DNA of 64,000 bases from Trueperaceae bacterium (lineage in GTDB: Bacteria; Deinococcota; Deinococci; Deinococcales; Trueperaceae), in NCBI GenBank assembly GCA_965215565.1, contig CBDCDZ010000004.1, positions 3,392,001-3,456,000 of the forward strand, written 5' to 3'. The translations under genes were made by a program, and so were the position numbers. Positions 1 to 10,223 of the stretch are shown piece after piece (the stretch's first letter is position 1; every line of letters starts with the position of its first letter). The notes under the pieces were generated by a model that was given only the letters and a program-made list of their open reading frames with translations, was not told where the DNA came from and searched no databases.

Positions 1-393
1 GGTGAGCGTGTGCAAGGTGCTGATGACGAGCGTCTCTAAATTTCCTTCCAGTGAAGCGGGCACGCTCAAAACAGGGGGCAAACCGCTAAGGGAGGCGCTC
101 AACGCTTCGGGAAAACTTGCGATAAAGGGGTCCTGACCACTGCCGCGTTGTGAAGTCGCATCAGGGTTAAGCTCGGGCGCGAGAATCACATCAACCCCTT
201 CAAACGCCAAGGCTTCGGCGGCAGCGAGCTTAAAAGTGAAACCGGAAACGATGTCTAAACGCTCGTCCTTTAGTGCGCGTTCGACCTCTTCGGGTGCAGC
301 GTGAGCAACCTCTAAGCCGACGCCCGTAACGAGTTTTTCCCAGAGGGAACCGTAGCGAGACCAAAGCAGTTGAGTGATGAAACCGACGCGCAT
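1..393 (-). CDS. Hypothetical protein, runs off the window edge (5' part only)
   Basis: Not in the ORF track. ATG at 393 opens a frame MRVGFITQLLWSRYGSLWEKLVTGVGLEVAHAAPEEVERAL... with no stop before position 1. Confidence 0.65.
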   Translation of the reverse strand, partial: MRVGFITQLLWSRYGSLWEKLVTGVGLEVAHAAPEEVERALKDERLDIVSGFTFKLAAAEALAFEGVDVILAPELNPDATSQRGSGQDPFIASFPEALSASLSGLPPVLSVPASLEGNLETLVISTLHTLT

Positions 394-419
394 AGCGAAG
401 AGGAGTCTATCACAGGAAA

Positions 420-555
420 TAGCAGGTAGCATCTGGTCAGAAGTAGCAGGTAGCATCTGGTCACGAACGCGCTAACGCAATAAAACCACGACTCAACTCG
501 CACTATAAATAGAGGCTATCTACGACTCTGAACCTCAGTTGTTCTACAATCGCTC
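420..555 (+). repeat. Degenerate copy of the TAGCAGG...CTGCTA MITE-like repeat with a 24-bp-period duplication of its left end
   Basis: TAGCAGGTAGCATCTGGTCA occurs at 420 and 444. The right end CTCAGTTGTTCTACAATCGCTC resembles the right ends of the other copies. Confidence 0.6.
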
Positions 556-641
556 AAAACTGTTATAACAGGCATGAAAAAGCTCGAGACCTTACGCCTC
601 GAGCCTACTCAGTGATTCTAAATGGGTGTTTCTTCAGTTCT

Positions 642-1637
642 TTACTGACTGACCTCAACGCTGCCGCTCATCGCAGGGTAGACGGTGCTCGAGTACGTCG
701 CCAGTTGTTCGGCAAGCTCGGGTGTGAGCGTAAACATCACGCTGCTGCCCTCATCTGCGAAGTTGACCTCCGAGTTATCCTCCAAGGTCCCTTGAGGCTG
801 CCCCTGCGCGAGCAGAAAGCTGCCGCTCTCGTCACGAAAGTCGATGGGACCGTCGGATGTCTCGAAGACGTAGCGCTGACCCGTCGTCAAGTTGAGCGTA
901 GGGTTTTGCGTGTCCACTTCAGCGACGTTGTTGCCACCGTCAACCGAGGTCACGATCCAAGCGGTGTTACTTTCGTTCGAGAGGTTAATGGTGACGTCAC
1001 CCTCTTGGCTAGCTGCGCCGCCCATCGCACCACCTGTTGCGCCCCCGGTTGCCGCGCCTCCGGTTGTGCCACCCGTCGCGCCCCCTGTCGCGCTCCCGCC
1101 CGTCTCCGAATCTTGTCCGGTCACGGCGTCAACGGCTGCCGCTGCCGCACCCCCTACTGCGCCCGCCGCTGCCGCCGCTGCACCGGAAACAGCGTCACCT
1201 ATACCGCCGCCTGCCTCATCGCCACCTGTCGTGCCACCCGTCGCCGCGCCACCTGTTGCGCCGCCTGTCGCTGCGCCCCCAGTCGCCGCACCTCCGGTTG
1301 CGCCACCCGTTTCATCTCCAGTTAGCGCTCCAGCCGCCGCGCCCGCTGCACCTGCTGCTGCGCCAGCCGCACCAGCCGCCGCGCCGCTAACACCACCCGT
1401 GCTGCCACCCGTTGCCGCGCCGCCCGTTGCTGCGCCCCCGGTTGCGCCGCCCGTCGCCGCCCCTACCTCTTCCGTAACGTCCGCGACCTCTGTGTCTGTT
1501 GTATCCGCCGCGCTCTCCGCACTTTCGGTCCCCGAGCCACCCTCTTCTGAGCCGCCCCCGCCGCCACACGCCACCACGCCGAAGCTGAGCAGAAGTGCCA
1601 ATACCAAGAGACGAAATTTTGAAGCTGCGTTATCCAT
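642..1637 (-). CDS. Lipoprotein with a long Gly/Ala/Thr (GGATGG) low-complexity region and a C-terminal globular beta domain
   Basis: Lipobox VVAC-G after a hydrophobic signal peptide; RBS-like GGGGA upstream; repeated GGAATGG units. Confidence 0.8.
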   Translation of the reverse strand: MDNAASKFRLLVLALLLSFGVVACGGGGGSEEGGSGTESAESAADTTDTEVADVTEEVGAATGGATGGAATGGAATGGSTGGVSGAAAGAAGAAAGAAGAAAGALTGDETGGATGGAATGGAATGGATGGAATGGTTGGDEAGGGIGDAVSGAAAAAAGAVGGAAAAAVDAVTGQDSETGGSATGGATGGTTGGAATGGATGGAMGGAASQEGDVTINLSNESNTAWIVTSVDGGNNVAEVDTQNPTLNLTTGQRYVFETSDGPIDFRDESGSFLLAQGQPQGTLEDNSEVNFADEGSSVMFTLTPELAEQLATYSSTVYPAMSGSVEVSQ

Positions 1638-2259
1638 ATGAATTCCCCTTTCAAAGCTCTAAATCTAACTAGGTCTGTTGCAAACAGTGAGATGCGTTTC
1701 TGAGATGCCCCCGCCTGCGTGTGCACTCTAAGGCACCTCGCTCAATGCGAAAAATACCACAGACCGCAAACAAAGCCCAGTATAGCGTTTCGTTCTGTAA
1801 GAGGTATTGGGTTGAGGCTCGAGCTAAGTGCTTGCAGGTGGATTCGGTTGAATTGCCCTGCAATTTGCAAAAGAGAGAATTAGTGGACGGTTTCACAGCG
1901 GTCAACAGAGAATTGCAATAGCCAACCAGTATCAACTTCTCAATAAGCTGTACTTGTTTCTTTCTATAGCGTAGTAGCATCACGCAGCCACAACTCCTCT
2001 TTTGAAGACGCTAAGTCTTTGCTGACTATGATGGTAATTCTCGTAAGGCTTACGTCTGCAATACATCAAGTGGCTTTGCTGCGCCAATAGGCAACGGCGG
2101 GTAAATTTTTGAAGAACCATTCGAGGAACACGTGATTCTTCAATCATATGTTCCGTCTCTGTTACACACAAATGGCGGTCGACCAATCGAGCATTAGTTT
2201 CACTTGAACACGCATTTTGAATTACAGTACAAGAGTCCAACTACTATAGGTAAAACGTC

Positions 2260-2856
2260 ATGATAGGACGAACAGTAAGAAATGTTGAACGCTTCGTTCA
2301 ACGCCGTTTGAGTGGTTCCTCTTCCATAAAGGAACTGCTTTCACCTGTGGAGCCGCAGGTGGACCGTCTCACCCTCTTATGGGCTGAGGAGTACCTGGAG
2401 CACCGCTACGTCGGTTCCCAGGCCTCCCTCATCAGTCTGTCATACAGATTGGCGGTCGCAATGGTCGTATCCACGGTTTTCATAGCAGTATGCGTTGCCG
2501 TGACATACGTACTAAAGAAAACCGGTATCGTCGATACTGTCACGTTATCGGCCCTTGTGCCGATCATCGTGACATTTGTCGGCGGTCCAACGATCTGGGT
2601 GTTGCTGTCAATCAACAATCGAGTTGATGCAGCGAACAAAACCTTGGATCGTGAGGAAAAGGTATTTAAGGAGCGCCTCAACGACGCTATTACTTACAGT
2701 ACACGTGTTGAGGAACTTCATAAATATTTCTTCCGCAAGTACCCCGCTTTCCGCACATTACCGTGCGCTGATAAGCTGGACTTGCTGCGCCTCTTTTACC
2801 GAGAGGAGATCGCCTTTGCGATCTACCTCGGTATAAAGCAGCGTCTAAAAAAATGA
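2260..2856 (+). CDS. Hypothetical two-TM membrane protein in a low-GC island
   Basis: 198-aa ORF with two hydrophobic helices followed by a charged helical region. Confidence 0.6.
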   Translation: MIGRTVRNVERFVQRRLSGSSSIKELLSPVEPQVDRLTLLWAEEYLEHRYVGSQASLISLSYRLAVAMVVSTVFIAVCVAVTYVLKKTGIVDTVTLSALVPIIVTFVGGPTIWVLLSINNRVDAANKTLDREEKVFKERLNDAITYSTRVEELHKYFFRKYPAFRTLPCADKLDLLRLFYREEIAFAIYLGIKQRLKK

Positions 2857-2961
2857 TACGCCCACCGGCAGTATCAAAGGAACGTGAGCTTACCGCTTGC
2901 GTTCTTTCCTTTGGTAAGTATCTAGGCTTAACTTGTCGTTCGTAGCTGGAACTCCGCTACA

Positions 2962-3183
2962 ATGAGCTTGGCCGTGTACATCATTATGGAGAACATCACC
3001 ATGCGCCGACAACTTAGATATCTGCTTGGAATGACCCTATTGCTTGGGGCAATCGTAGCCTTCATTGCTGGATTAGCCAGCGTTTTGGGCACAAGTCCCG
3101 TTACTGAGAAGAGCCTGATTTTATTCGCCGGAGGTTCTGTCTCTGGGTTCATCGGCGCGATTTTAGCGCTTAGGTCTAGCTAG
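2962..3183 (+). CDS. Small hypothetical membrane protein (start uncertain)
   Basis: Two hydrophobic segments; GGAG before the ATG at 3001. Confidence 0.4.
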   Translation: MSLAVYIIMENITMRRQLRYLLGMTLLLGAIVAFIAGLASVLGTSPVTEKSLILFAGGSVSGFIGAILALRSS

Positions 3184-3460
3184 CCCTCTGAGCAGTTGAA
3201 GACTATTTTTTCCGAATAGTCCTCAAACACCCATAAATTTACGTTTATGGGTGTTCTTTTGGCTTGTGTCTCGACAGTCAGTGCAACTGCATGGAGTAGC
3301 GTTTCGAAAAGATTTACTCATGTCTGCAAAGACTCGAGCCACCGCTCGAGTTCTTTTTTACCTTCTGTTATTTGATGCTGATGACCTGCTACAGGCGTGC
3401 TACCTTGTAAAGCGTAGGCGCATTCTGCCTACACTGTTGTTTACAAGAGAATAGAAAGGT

Positions 3461-3748
3461 ATGGAAGAAAACAAACTTGCTCCCGGTGAGGAGTTTTATC
3501 AACTTTGTGCGGAGGCGAAAGCTTACCTCGAGCTTCCCAGGGACGCATCGGTGATTTGGCAAGCAGAGGAGCTAAAGGAAATGCTTCTCGAGCTGGCTAA
3601 ACGCGAAGAATTCGAGCGTCCTGCCGCAGAATACGCGGCGGCTGAGGGAGATAAAACATCCGTGCTGGAGCGAAAGGTTGCCTCAGTCGCTCGGACAAAC
3701 CGAGAAGAGGCGATCAAGGTGATAGCCTCCATCTTTGGATACGGCTAA
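3461..3748 (+). CDS. Hypothetical acidic helical protein
   Basis: AGAAAGGT RBS before the ATG; 95 aa; flanked by CTCGAG-based hairpins. Confidence 0.6.
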   Translation: MEENKLAPGEEFYQLCAEAKAYLELPRDASVIWQAEELKEMLLELAKREEFERPAAEYAAAEGDKTSVLERKVASVARTNREEAIKVIASIFGYG

Positions 3749-3900
3749 CCTCTTATTAGGCTCGAGCCACCCGCTCGAGTCTTTTCTTTATTAGGGTGGA
3801 CTCGAGCTTCACCCCTCCAAACGAGTGAAAAACCCTCTAAAAGACCTCTTTCGTCGCTGCATCTGTGTTTTTTACCGCCGTGCGCGTTAGACTAAGTACA

Positions 3901-6315
3901 ATGAGTGATTTAGACCGGGAGCAACTTTTCTCCTTTTTCAAAGACCATCCTGAAAAACCCTGGCACGTCCAGGATATTCAGAAACGACTTAAACTGAGTG
4001 ACCGCAGCGACTTGCGCCGCGAGTTGACGACGCTCGTGGACGAGGGCAAACTCGTCAAGACGCGGCGGCGCACCTACGGGCTGCCCCAAGAGATGAACCT
4101 CATGTTGGGGCGCTTGCAGGTCACGGCGGGCGGCTACGGCTTCGTGATTTCTGACGCTGAGGGCGAGAAGGACCTCTTTATTCCGGCGGACAGCCTGAAC
4201 GGCGCGTGGGACGGCGACAGGGTGATGGCGCGTCCCAATTCGCAAGGTGATAGTAATGGACGCGATAACGGGCGCGTGTCAGGTGAAATCGTGCGCATCT
4301 TGGCGCGTAAGCACGACCTCGTGGTGGGCAGCTTGGAGTATTCGCGCGGCTACGCGATTTTGCGTCCCGACTCGCCCCGGCTGCGCGAGCGCATCCTCTT
4401 GATGCCCGACTCGGTAGGGAAGTTAGAGGCGGGCACGCGCATCGTCGCCAAGATTGTCTGGCCCGAAGATTCCGGCGAACGCGACCCCTTCGGTGAGGTT
4501 GAAGAGGCGCTGGGCGAAGGGGACGACCCCGAAGTCGAGACCCGCGCTGTTATCGTCAAGTACGACCTCAAAGACGAGTTCGATCCTAAAACCATCGCCG
4601 AGGCGGACGCCGTGCCCGAGACCGTCTCCGGTGAGATGATCGCCGGGCGCACCGACATGCGCGGTATCAATACCTTTACAATTGACGGCGAGGACGCTAA
4701 AGACTTCGACGACGCGATTTCGTTGGAGCGCATCGGCGGACGTAACGGACACTTGCGCGTCGGTATCCACATTGCGGACGTGTCGTACTACGTTGCGGAA
4801 GGCACCAGCTTAGACCGCGAGGCGTTCGAGCGGGCGACGAGCGTGTATCTGCCCGGTAAGGTCTTGCCGATGCTACCCGAAGCGCTTTCGAACGGGATTT
4901 GTTCGCTCGTGGAGGGTGAGGCGCGTTTGGCGCTCTCAGTTTTGGTGGATATCTCCAGAGAGGGCGACATCAAAGGGATGAAGGTCAAAGAGACCGTGAT
5001 TTCATCCGACGCGCGGCTCACGTATGACCAAGTGCAGGCCTTTGCCGACGACGAGCGGCTGCCGCACGGTAAGCGCAAGTTAGAGCGCGACATCAAGCAA
5101 CTCATTAAGCTCACGCAAACTTTGCGGGAGAAGCGGCTCGCGAACGGCGCGCTCGACTTCCAGTTCACCGAAGCGAAAGTGGACGTGGACGACGAGGGCG
5201 AACTGCACGTCACGCCTGTGCGCCCGAACCAGGCGCGGCAGCTCATCGAAGAGCTGATGCTCTTAGCGAACCGCCTCGTGGCGCAAGAGCTGTCCTCCAA
5301 AGACATTCCCGCGTTGTACCGCGTCCACGAAGACCCCAGCGACGCCAAGATTCAAGCGCTCCAGGGCAGCTTGGGCAAGTTGGGCTACGAGATCGACATG
5401 GAACACGCCGGACCACAAGATTTGCAAAACATCATCCGCCAAGCCGCAGGCAAGCCCGAGGCGCAACTCGTCAACACGCTCCTGCTGCGCTCCTTAAAGC
5501 AAGCCCGCTACAGCGCGGATAACTTGGGGCACTTCGGCTTAGCGTTCGAGCACTACCTGCATTTCACCTCGCCGATCCGCCGCTACCCCGACCTAGTTGT
5601 GCACCGCGTCCTGCGCGCCATGCTCCAGCACCGCCTCTCACCGACCTTGAAAGAGCGCATGAAGAGTGACTTTCCCGCTCTAGGTGAGCACACCAGCGAG
5701 CGTGAGCGCGTCGCCGAAGACGCCGAGCGCGACCTCACACGCTATTACCACGCGAAGTGGGCGAAAGAGCACCGGGGCGAGACTTTTAACGGGACGATTA
5801 CGGGCGTGACCAACTTCGGGTTGTTCGTCGGGATGCCCAACGGGGTCGAGGGGCTCTTGCACGTCTCGCAGTTGGACGATGACTACTACATGTATATCGA
5901 GGACGCAATGATGCTCACCGGTAAGTCCACGAAGAAGAAGTTCCGGCTCGGCAACCGCATCGACGTGAAGATTTTGAGCGCCAACCCGACGATTCGCCAG
6001 ATCGACTTAGGACCGGACTACGCCGAGCTGCCCGACGAGGAAGAGGAGCAGACGAAGCGTCCGCAGCGTCCGCCCAAAACCCTCAAGACGCCCCTCTCGG
6101 CGTCACCCATCGAGTCGAAAGAGGCAGAGCGGAGTGCCGGGGCGATTCGCCAAGACAAGCGAGCGGACGCTGTACCTGAGATGGAGCAGGAGACGAGCAC
6201 GCCCGAGCCGACGGAACAGGTTGCGCCCGAAGCGTCTGTGCAGGACCAAGTCTCACTCGCCATCCCTAAACGCAAACGCCGCATCCTCGTCTTCGGAGAC
6301 CCCACGAGGCGCTAA
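3901..6315 (+). CDS. rnr: Ribonuclease R
   Basis: N-terminal HTH and cold-shock domains, RNB motifs TIDGEDAKDFDDA and HFTSPIRRYPDL, C-terminal S1 domain. TAGACT -10 box 7 nt before ATG 3901. Confidence 0.97.
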   Translation: MSDLDREQLFSFFKDHPEKPWHVQDIQKRLKLSDRSDLRRELTTLVDEGKLVKTRRRTYGLPQEMNLMLGRLQVTAGGYGFVISDAEGEKDLFIPADSLNGAWDGDRVMARPNSQGDSNGRDNGRVSGEIVRILARKHDLVVGSLEYSRGYAILRPDSPRLRERILLMPDSVGKLEAGTRIVAKIVWPEDSGERDPFGEVEEALGEGDDPEVETRAVIVKYDLKDEFDPKTIAEADAVPETVSGEMIAGRTDMRGINTFTIDGEDAKDFDDAISLERIGGRNGHLRVGIHIADVSYYVAEGTSLDREAFERATSVYLPGKVLPMLPEALSNGICSLVEGEARLALSVLVDISREGDIKGMKVKETVISSDARLTYDQVQAFADDERLPHGKRKLERDIKQLIKLTQTLREKRLANGALDFQFTEAKVDVDDEGELHVTPVRPNQARQLIEELMLLANRLVAQELSSKDIPALYRVHEDPSDAKIQALQGSLGKLGYEIDMEHAGPQDLQNIIRQAAGKPEAQLVNTLLLRSLKQARYSADNLGHFGLAFEHYLHFTSPIRRYPDLVVHRVLRAMLQHRLSPTLKERMKSDFPALGEHTSERERVAEDAERDLTRYYHAKWAKEHRGETFNGTITGVTNFGLFVGMPNGVEGLLHVSQLDDDYYMYIEDAMMLTGKSTKKKFRLGNRIDVKILSANPTIRQIDLGPDYAELPDEEEEQTKRPQRPPKTLKTPLSASPIESKEAERSAGAIRQDKRADAVPEMEQETSTPEPTEQVAPEASVQDQVSLAIPKRKRRILVFGDPTRR

Positions 6316-6318
6316 GGG

Positions 6319-6510
6319 ATGCGTCAACAAGTCCGTTGCGCCCACTGCGGCGAAGTCTTCCCGGTTGAAGAGGTCAGAGATGTGGACGTACGGTGCCCTC
6401 ACTGCGCTCACATCGGTAAACCCGCAGGTGTAATGCGCACGCCTGACTTCCCAAGTTTGGATACCTTTACGCGGAGCGTGAAAAGGTCATTGGAGTTAGA
6501 AGAGGAATAA
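6319..6510 (+). CDS. Small zinc-ribbon protein
   Basis: CAHC and CPHC motifs; starts 3 nt after the rnr stop. Confidence 0.65.
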   Translation: MRQQVRCAHCGEVFPVEEVRDVDVRCPHCAHIGKPAGVMRTPDFPSLDTFTRSVKRSLELEEE

Positions 6511-6845
6511 TCCACATTTTTAGAGGAGGGTTTGGGGTAGCGCCTGAGTCCTCTTCTTCGTTGAGAGACGGGTGTGAACGGCTCGAGGTGTGAAAAATCC
6601 CCTAAGAAACGCGCTTCTCGAGTCTTAACGTTTTGCCTTTATCCTTTAGCCACGTCTCACCCAAACTTCACAAACTCCCTAGAAAATCTACAGCGAAACC
6701 TCACCCCCCACGCACGTCAGTCTGATACACTTGGAGCAACACCACCCGCAGCTCCCAACGATGAGGAGCGCGATTCTGCTGACGCTCGCGGCGAGCCGCT
6801 AGGCTGCGCTGCTCACGCATTTTATTGTCTTTTAGGGGAGCCCTC

Positions 6846-8234
6846 ATGCCGGATGATTTTACCTACCCTCTCACCCGCGTTTGCCTGCGTTCGGGACAGC
6901 TCACCCTCCCCCAAAACATGCTCCACCTCTTTCCCGACGAGGGCACCGTTCACGCCGTGGACACGAGCACCGGTGGCGAGTTCGAGTTGACCATGCGTAC
7001 GGCTCGGCACGTGGCGGGGCTCTCTGGCTTTTTCGAGACGCACAACTTGGACGTGAACGACAGAGTCACGCTCAAGCGTTTGGAGGATGGGCGCGTCTCT
7101 TTAACCCCCCTAGCTCGCCCTAAAAAGACCGACTACGCCCGCCCCGAAGTGGTGCGAGCCTTCTTAGATAAGGTCATCGAACTCGCTCCTCTCTCCGAAG
7201 CGGAGATTCGTGACGTCGCGCCCGACTTGCCCGCCGAGTTTGAGCTTAGGGAACTTTTGGAGTCCGACGAACGTCTCGCCCTCAACCAAGAGGGACGCTG
7301 GGGACTCTCGGACGAGGAACAGGGGAGGGAGCCGGGCGCAGACCTGGGCGTAGAAACGGCGCGTCCGGCGAACCGCCCTACGGTCACCTCTTACGCGCAA
7401 GATAGGGGATTGGAGAACCTCTCGCTCAACTCGGCTGCGCAAGGCCTAGGCGACGCCACCCTCTTCACCCGCGCTCGCCACGCCCTGCAAGCTTTCGGCT
7501 TCCGCGTCGAAGCCACGCCCCACGCGCAGCTTTTGGCGCACGCCGAACTAGGCAGACATCGTTACAGCACCCTCATCCACCTCCACAGCGAAGGCAGCAA
7601 ACCCGATTGGAACAAGCTCTTAACGCGCCGCCGCGAAGCGGGCGCAACCTACCTGGCGATTTTCGGGTCACACCGCGAGTTGCAGCGCCTGCAAAAGCAC
7701 GCCGCCCAAGCAAAGGCGACGCTCTGGTCATGGCAGGGGTTGACCAAGGCGCAAGACCTCTTGCAAAGCGTACCGATGAGCCCTTTTGACTTGGAGCCGC
7801 ATTTCGCTCGTGACGGACTTTTCGAAGCAGGGCTCACCCGCTTCGAGCGCACTGTGCAGAAACGCATCACCGAGCGCGGTCACTTCTCGCTCGTCTTGTC
7901 CCAGTTGGCGACGATGAGAGCGCCCACGGTCTTTCTTCTCGACGACGTATTGACCGGCGCGCATTTTCCTAGAGACCAAGCGCTGAGCGTTTTAGAGGGG
8001 CTCGCACAAGCCCCCTTTCACATGGTCAGCAAGGTTGGCAGCGGCGAGTTCTGCCTGCGCGTGAACGTGCCCGAGACCTTGACGCACCTCTCCGACTACG
8101 CCCTGTCGCTCCGCGAACGCTTGCCCGCCAAGCGCACCGAGCGGCTGCGAGGCACAGGGGAAGAGACTGGGGAAAGAGAGGCTGAGACCGCAGGGAAAAA
8201 AGAGGTTGCGGAGGATAGAAGTTCATCGGTTTGA
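6846..8234 (+). CDS. Hypothetical protein (possible nucleic-acid-binding or endonuclease-like fold)
   Basis: Long ORF with host-like codon usage; GGGGAG RBS before ATG 6846. Confidence 0.7.
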   Translation: MPDDFTYPLTRVCLRSGQLTLPQNMLHLFPDEGTVHAVDTSTGGEFELTMRTARHVAGLSGFFETHNLDVNDRVTLKRLEDGRVSLTPLARPKKTDYARPEVVRAFLDKVIELAPLSEAEIRDVAPDLPAEFELRELLESDERLALNQEGRWGLSDEEQGREPGADLGVETARPANRPTVTSYAQDRGLENLSLNSAAQGLGDATLFTRARHALQAFGFRVEATPHAQLLAHAELGRHRYSTLIHLHSEGSKPDWNKLLTRRREAGATYLAIFGSHRELQRLQKHAAQAKATLWSWQGLTKAQDLLQSVPMSPFDLEPHFARDGLFEAGLTRFERTVQKRITERGHFSLVLSQLATMRAPTVFLLDDVLTGAHFPRDQALSVLEGLAQAPFHMVSKVGSGEFCLRVNVPETLTHLSDYALSLRERLPAKRTERLRGTGEETGEREAETAGKKEVAEDRSSSV

Positions 8235-8280
8235 GGAGCGAACCTCGCAGTTTCAACCTCACCTACTGCATTCGTACTCA

Positions 8281-8408
8281 TAGCAGGTTACTTCGTATAG
8301 CTTCGCTCAATCATCTGATCTGAGACACCTCGTACGGAGCGACGTCTAGTACGCACGTTCGGCAATGATACCTGCGCTCATCCGTCTCAGTATGTTCTGG
8401 AACTGCTG
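8281..8408 (+). repeat. MITE-like repeat copy with a ~21-bp insert in the left arm
   Basis: TAGCAGGT [TACTTCGTATAGCTTCGCTCA] ATCATCTG...ATGATACCTGCGCTCATCCGTCTCAGTATGTTCTGGAACTGCTG. Confidence 0.8.
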
Positions 8409-8418
8409 AGGAAGAGGT

Positions 8419-9507
8419 TCAACGGTACTCGGGGCGCAAAGTGAAGGTTTTCAGGCTATCAACCTCTAGCTTTCCTCCGTGAAACTCGAGCCCCTCCTCC
8501 ACCACGTCCTCGCGCAGTTTCAAGGGAAAACTCAACTCGCTCGGGTAGTCCACGCCCGCCTGACTCGCAAACAGCGCAGCCTGCCGCGTACCTAATCCGC
8601 TGCTCGCCTGCGAGCCTACCATCACCCCTTTACCTGCCTCTCTCGCGAGCGCCAGCATCTCAGCGGACTCCGTGAAGCCCGTCCGGGCGGGCTTGATGTT
8701 CAAGATATCGAACGTGCCTAACGCCACCTCTCTGCGCAAATCGCGCAAGCTGAAGCACGAATCGTCCGCGATGATAGGGAGAATTTGCGCGGCGCGGAGG
8801 CTCGCTCGCGCCTTTACAAGCTCGGCGGGCAGCGGCTCCTCGATGTAAGCGACGCCCAACTCGGCTAACCGCTCCAAATCCTGCGCCGCCGTGTCCGGCG
8901 ACAAGCCCTCGTTCGCGTCGGCGTAGAGGATGACCTCTTCCCCTGAGAATTCATCTCGCAACGCCCGGACAAGGTGCTCGTCGGACCTCTTGTCGCGCCC
9001 GACTTTGACCTTGAAGACGCGCACGCCCTGCTCAAAAACCCACCGCGCCTCCGCCAATGCTGTGTCGATGTCGGCGATACCTAAGATGAAACTCGAGCGG
9101 ATAGACCCCTTAGGACCGCGCCACGCCTCGAAGAGCGTCTGACCTCTCCCCTTCGCTCTCGCGTCGTGAAGGGCGATGTCGAGCGCGCCCCGCGCCGTGT
9201 GGTTGTTCGCTGCTGAACGCAGCGCGTTCCAGATGCCCGCTTCGTCGTCTAGGGAGAGGCCGGTGAGACGGGGCTCCAGCCACGCCACGATGCTCTGCAC
9301 GCTCGCCACCGTCTCGCCGTAGATCGTTGGGCGGACGGGCGCTTCGGCGACGCCAACCACCTCTTGCGCCTCATCTCCCACACGAACCCTGACGAGAACG
9401 TGCTCTAAAGCGCGCAACTCGCTCCCCTTGCCCCAGCTCAGCGTCCCCTTCATCGGGAGGCTAAAAGGATGCGCGCTGACACCCATAATGACCGCCACTA
9501 CAGCCAC
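8419..9507 (-). CDS. Enolase-superfamily enzyme (muconate cycloisomerase / dipeptide epimerase subgroup)
   Basis: FKVKVG, DANEG, EEP, ADDS and NIKP motifs. Confidence 0.88.
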   Translation of the reverse strand: MAVVAVIMGVSAHPFSLPMKGTLSWGKGSELRALEHVLVRVRVGDEAQEVVGVAEAPVRPTIYGETVASVQSIVAWLEPRLTGLSLDDEAGIWNALRSAANNHTARGALDIALHDARAKGRGQTLFEAWRGPKGSIRSSFILGIADIDTALAEARWVFEQGVRVFKVKVGRDKRSDEHLVRALRDEFSGEEVILYADANEGLSPDTAAQDLERLAELGVAYIEEPLPAELVKARASLRAAQILPIIADDSCFSLRDLRREVALGTFDILNIKPARTGFTESAEMLALAREAGKGVMVGSQASSGLGTRQAALFASQAGVDYPSELSFPLKLREDVVEEGLEFHGGKLEVDSLKTFTLRPEYR

Positions 9508-10223
9508 CGTTCGATTCGCGTAGCCACCTCGTCCACGGGCACTTCGCTCGTGTCGATGTAGAGGAGCCTCGAGTCGTCCAAAGCAGCGCGCAGGTACGCT
9601 AGCGCCGCGCCCGCGTCGTAGTTTTGCTGCTCCGCCACGATGATCTGTACGGCGTTTAGTAACGTCTGGTCATCCACGCCCGCCGCCTCCAAGCGCCCGA
9701 CTTCGTGGAGGTCAAACACGTCCTCTACGCCGCGAACCGCGAGGAGCTTTTCGGCGAAAGAGGTGCCGAGCCTCGAGGCTGGAACCCGGTTTGAAAGCCT
9801 GTCAAAAGCGTCTACCCGCCCGATCAGCCGCTTCAAACGAACTATATTTGGCGCGTCGAGAAAGATGAAACGTGAACGTACGAAGGTTTCCACCGCATAC
9901 TCAACCTCTTCCGCACCGCGCGCGTTGTCGAAGAGAAGAGGTCCTCGCGAGGAGGCTTCCTCCAAATACGTCTGCAAGGCGTGAACCATCCCGCCAGGGT
10001 ACTTCTGCCGGTAGCGTTTGGTGAACTCGAAGCGTTCTAGCCTGTCCTTCACCGGACGCTCGGGTTGAAGCGCCTGGCGCTGCATCTCGGGGATGATAAT
10101 TGTGTCCGCGAGTTCGCGGCGGTTGGGCAAGAGCGTGAGGTCCGAACGCCGCAGCGCCCCTAGCGTCGTGCTCTTCCCTACGCCCGTGAGCCCGACGATG
10201 AAGGTGATGTCGGCAGCGCTCAC
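9498..10223 (-). CDS. P-loop nucleotide kinase-like protein
   Basis: Walker A GLTGVGKST at the N-terminus; overlaps its neighbours in an operon. Confidence 0.75.
   Translation of the reverse strand: MSAADITFIVGLTGVGKSTTLGALRRSDLTLLPNRRELADTIIIPEMQRQALQPERPVKDRLERFEFTKRYRQKYPGGMVHALQTYLEEASSRGPLLFDNARGAEEVEYAVETFVRSRFIFLDAPNIVRLKRLIGRVDAFDRLSNRVPASRLGTSFAEKLLAVRGVEDVFDLHEVGRLEAAGVDDQTLLNAVQIIVAEQQNYDAGAALAYLRAALDDSRLLYIDTSEVPVDEVATRIERWL

Noticed and set aside
612..1641. Long + strand ORFs (612-1325, 892-1641) rich in Pro/Ala or Cys/Arg
   Set aside because: Antisense shadows of the repetitive GGATGG lipoprotein, which has the RBS and lipobox.
3370..3392. GATGACCTGCTA as a further MITE copy
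   Set aside because: Only ~10 nt match the left terminus; no internal motif or right end was found.
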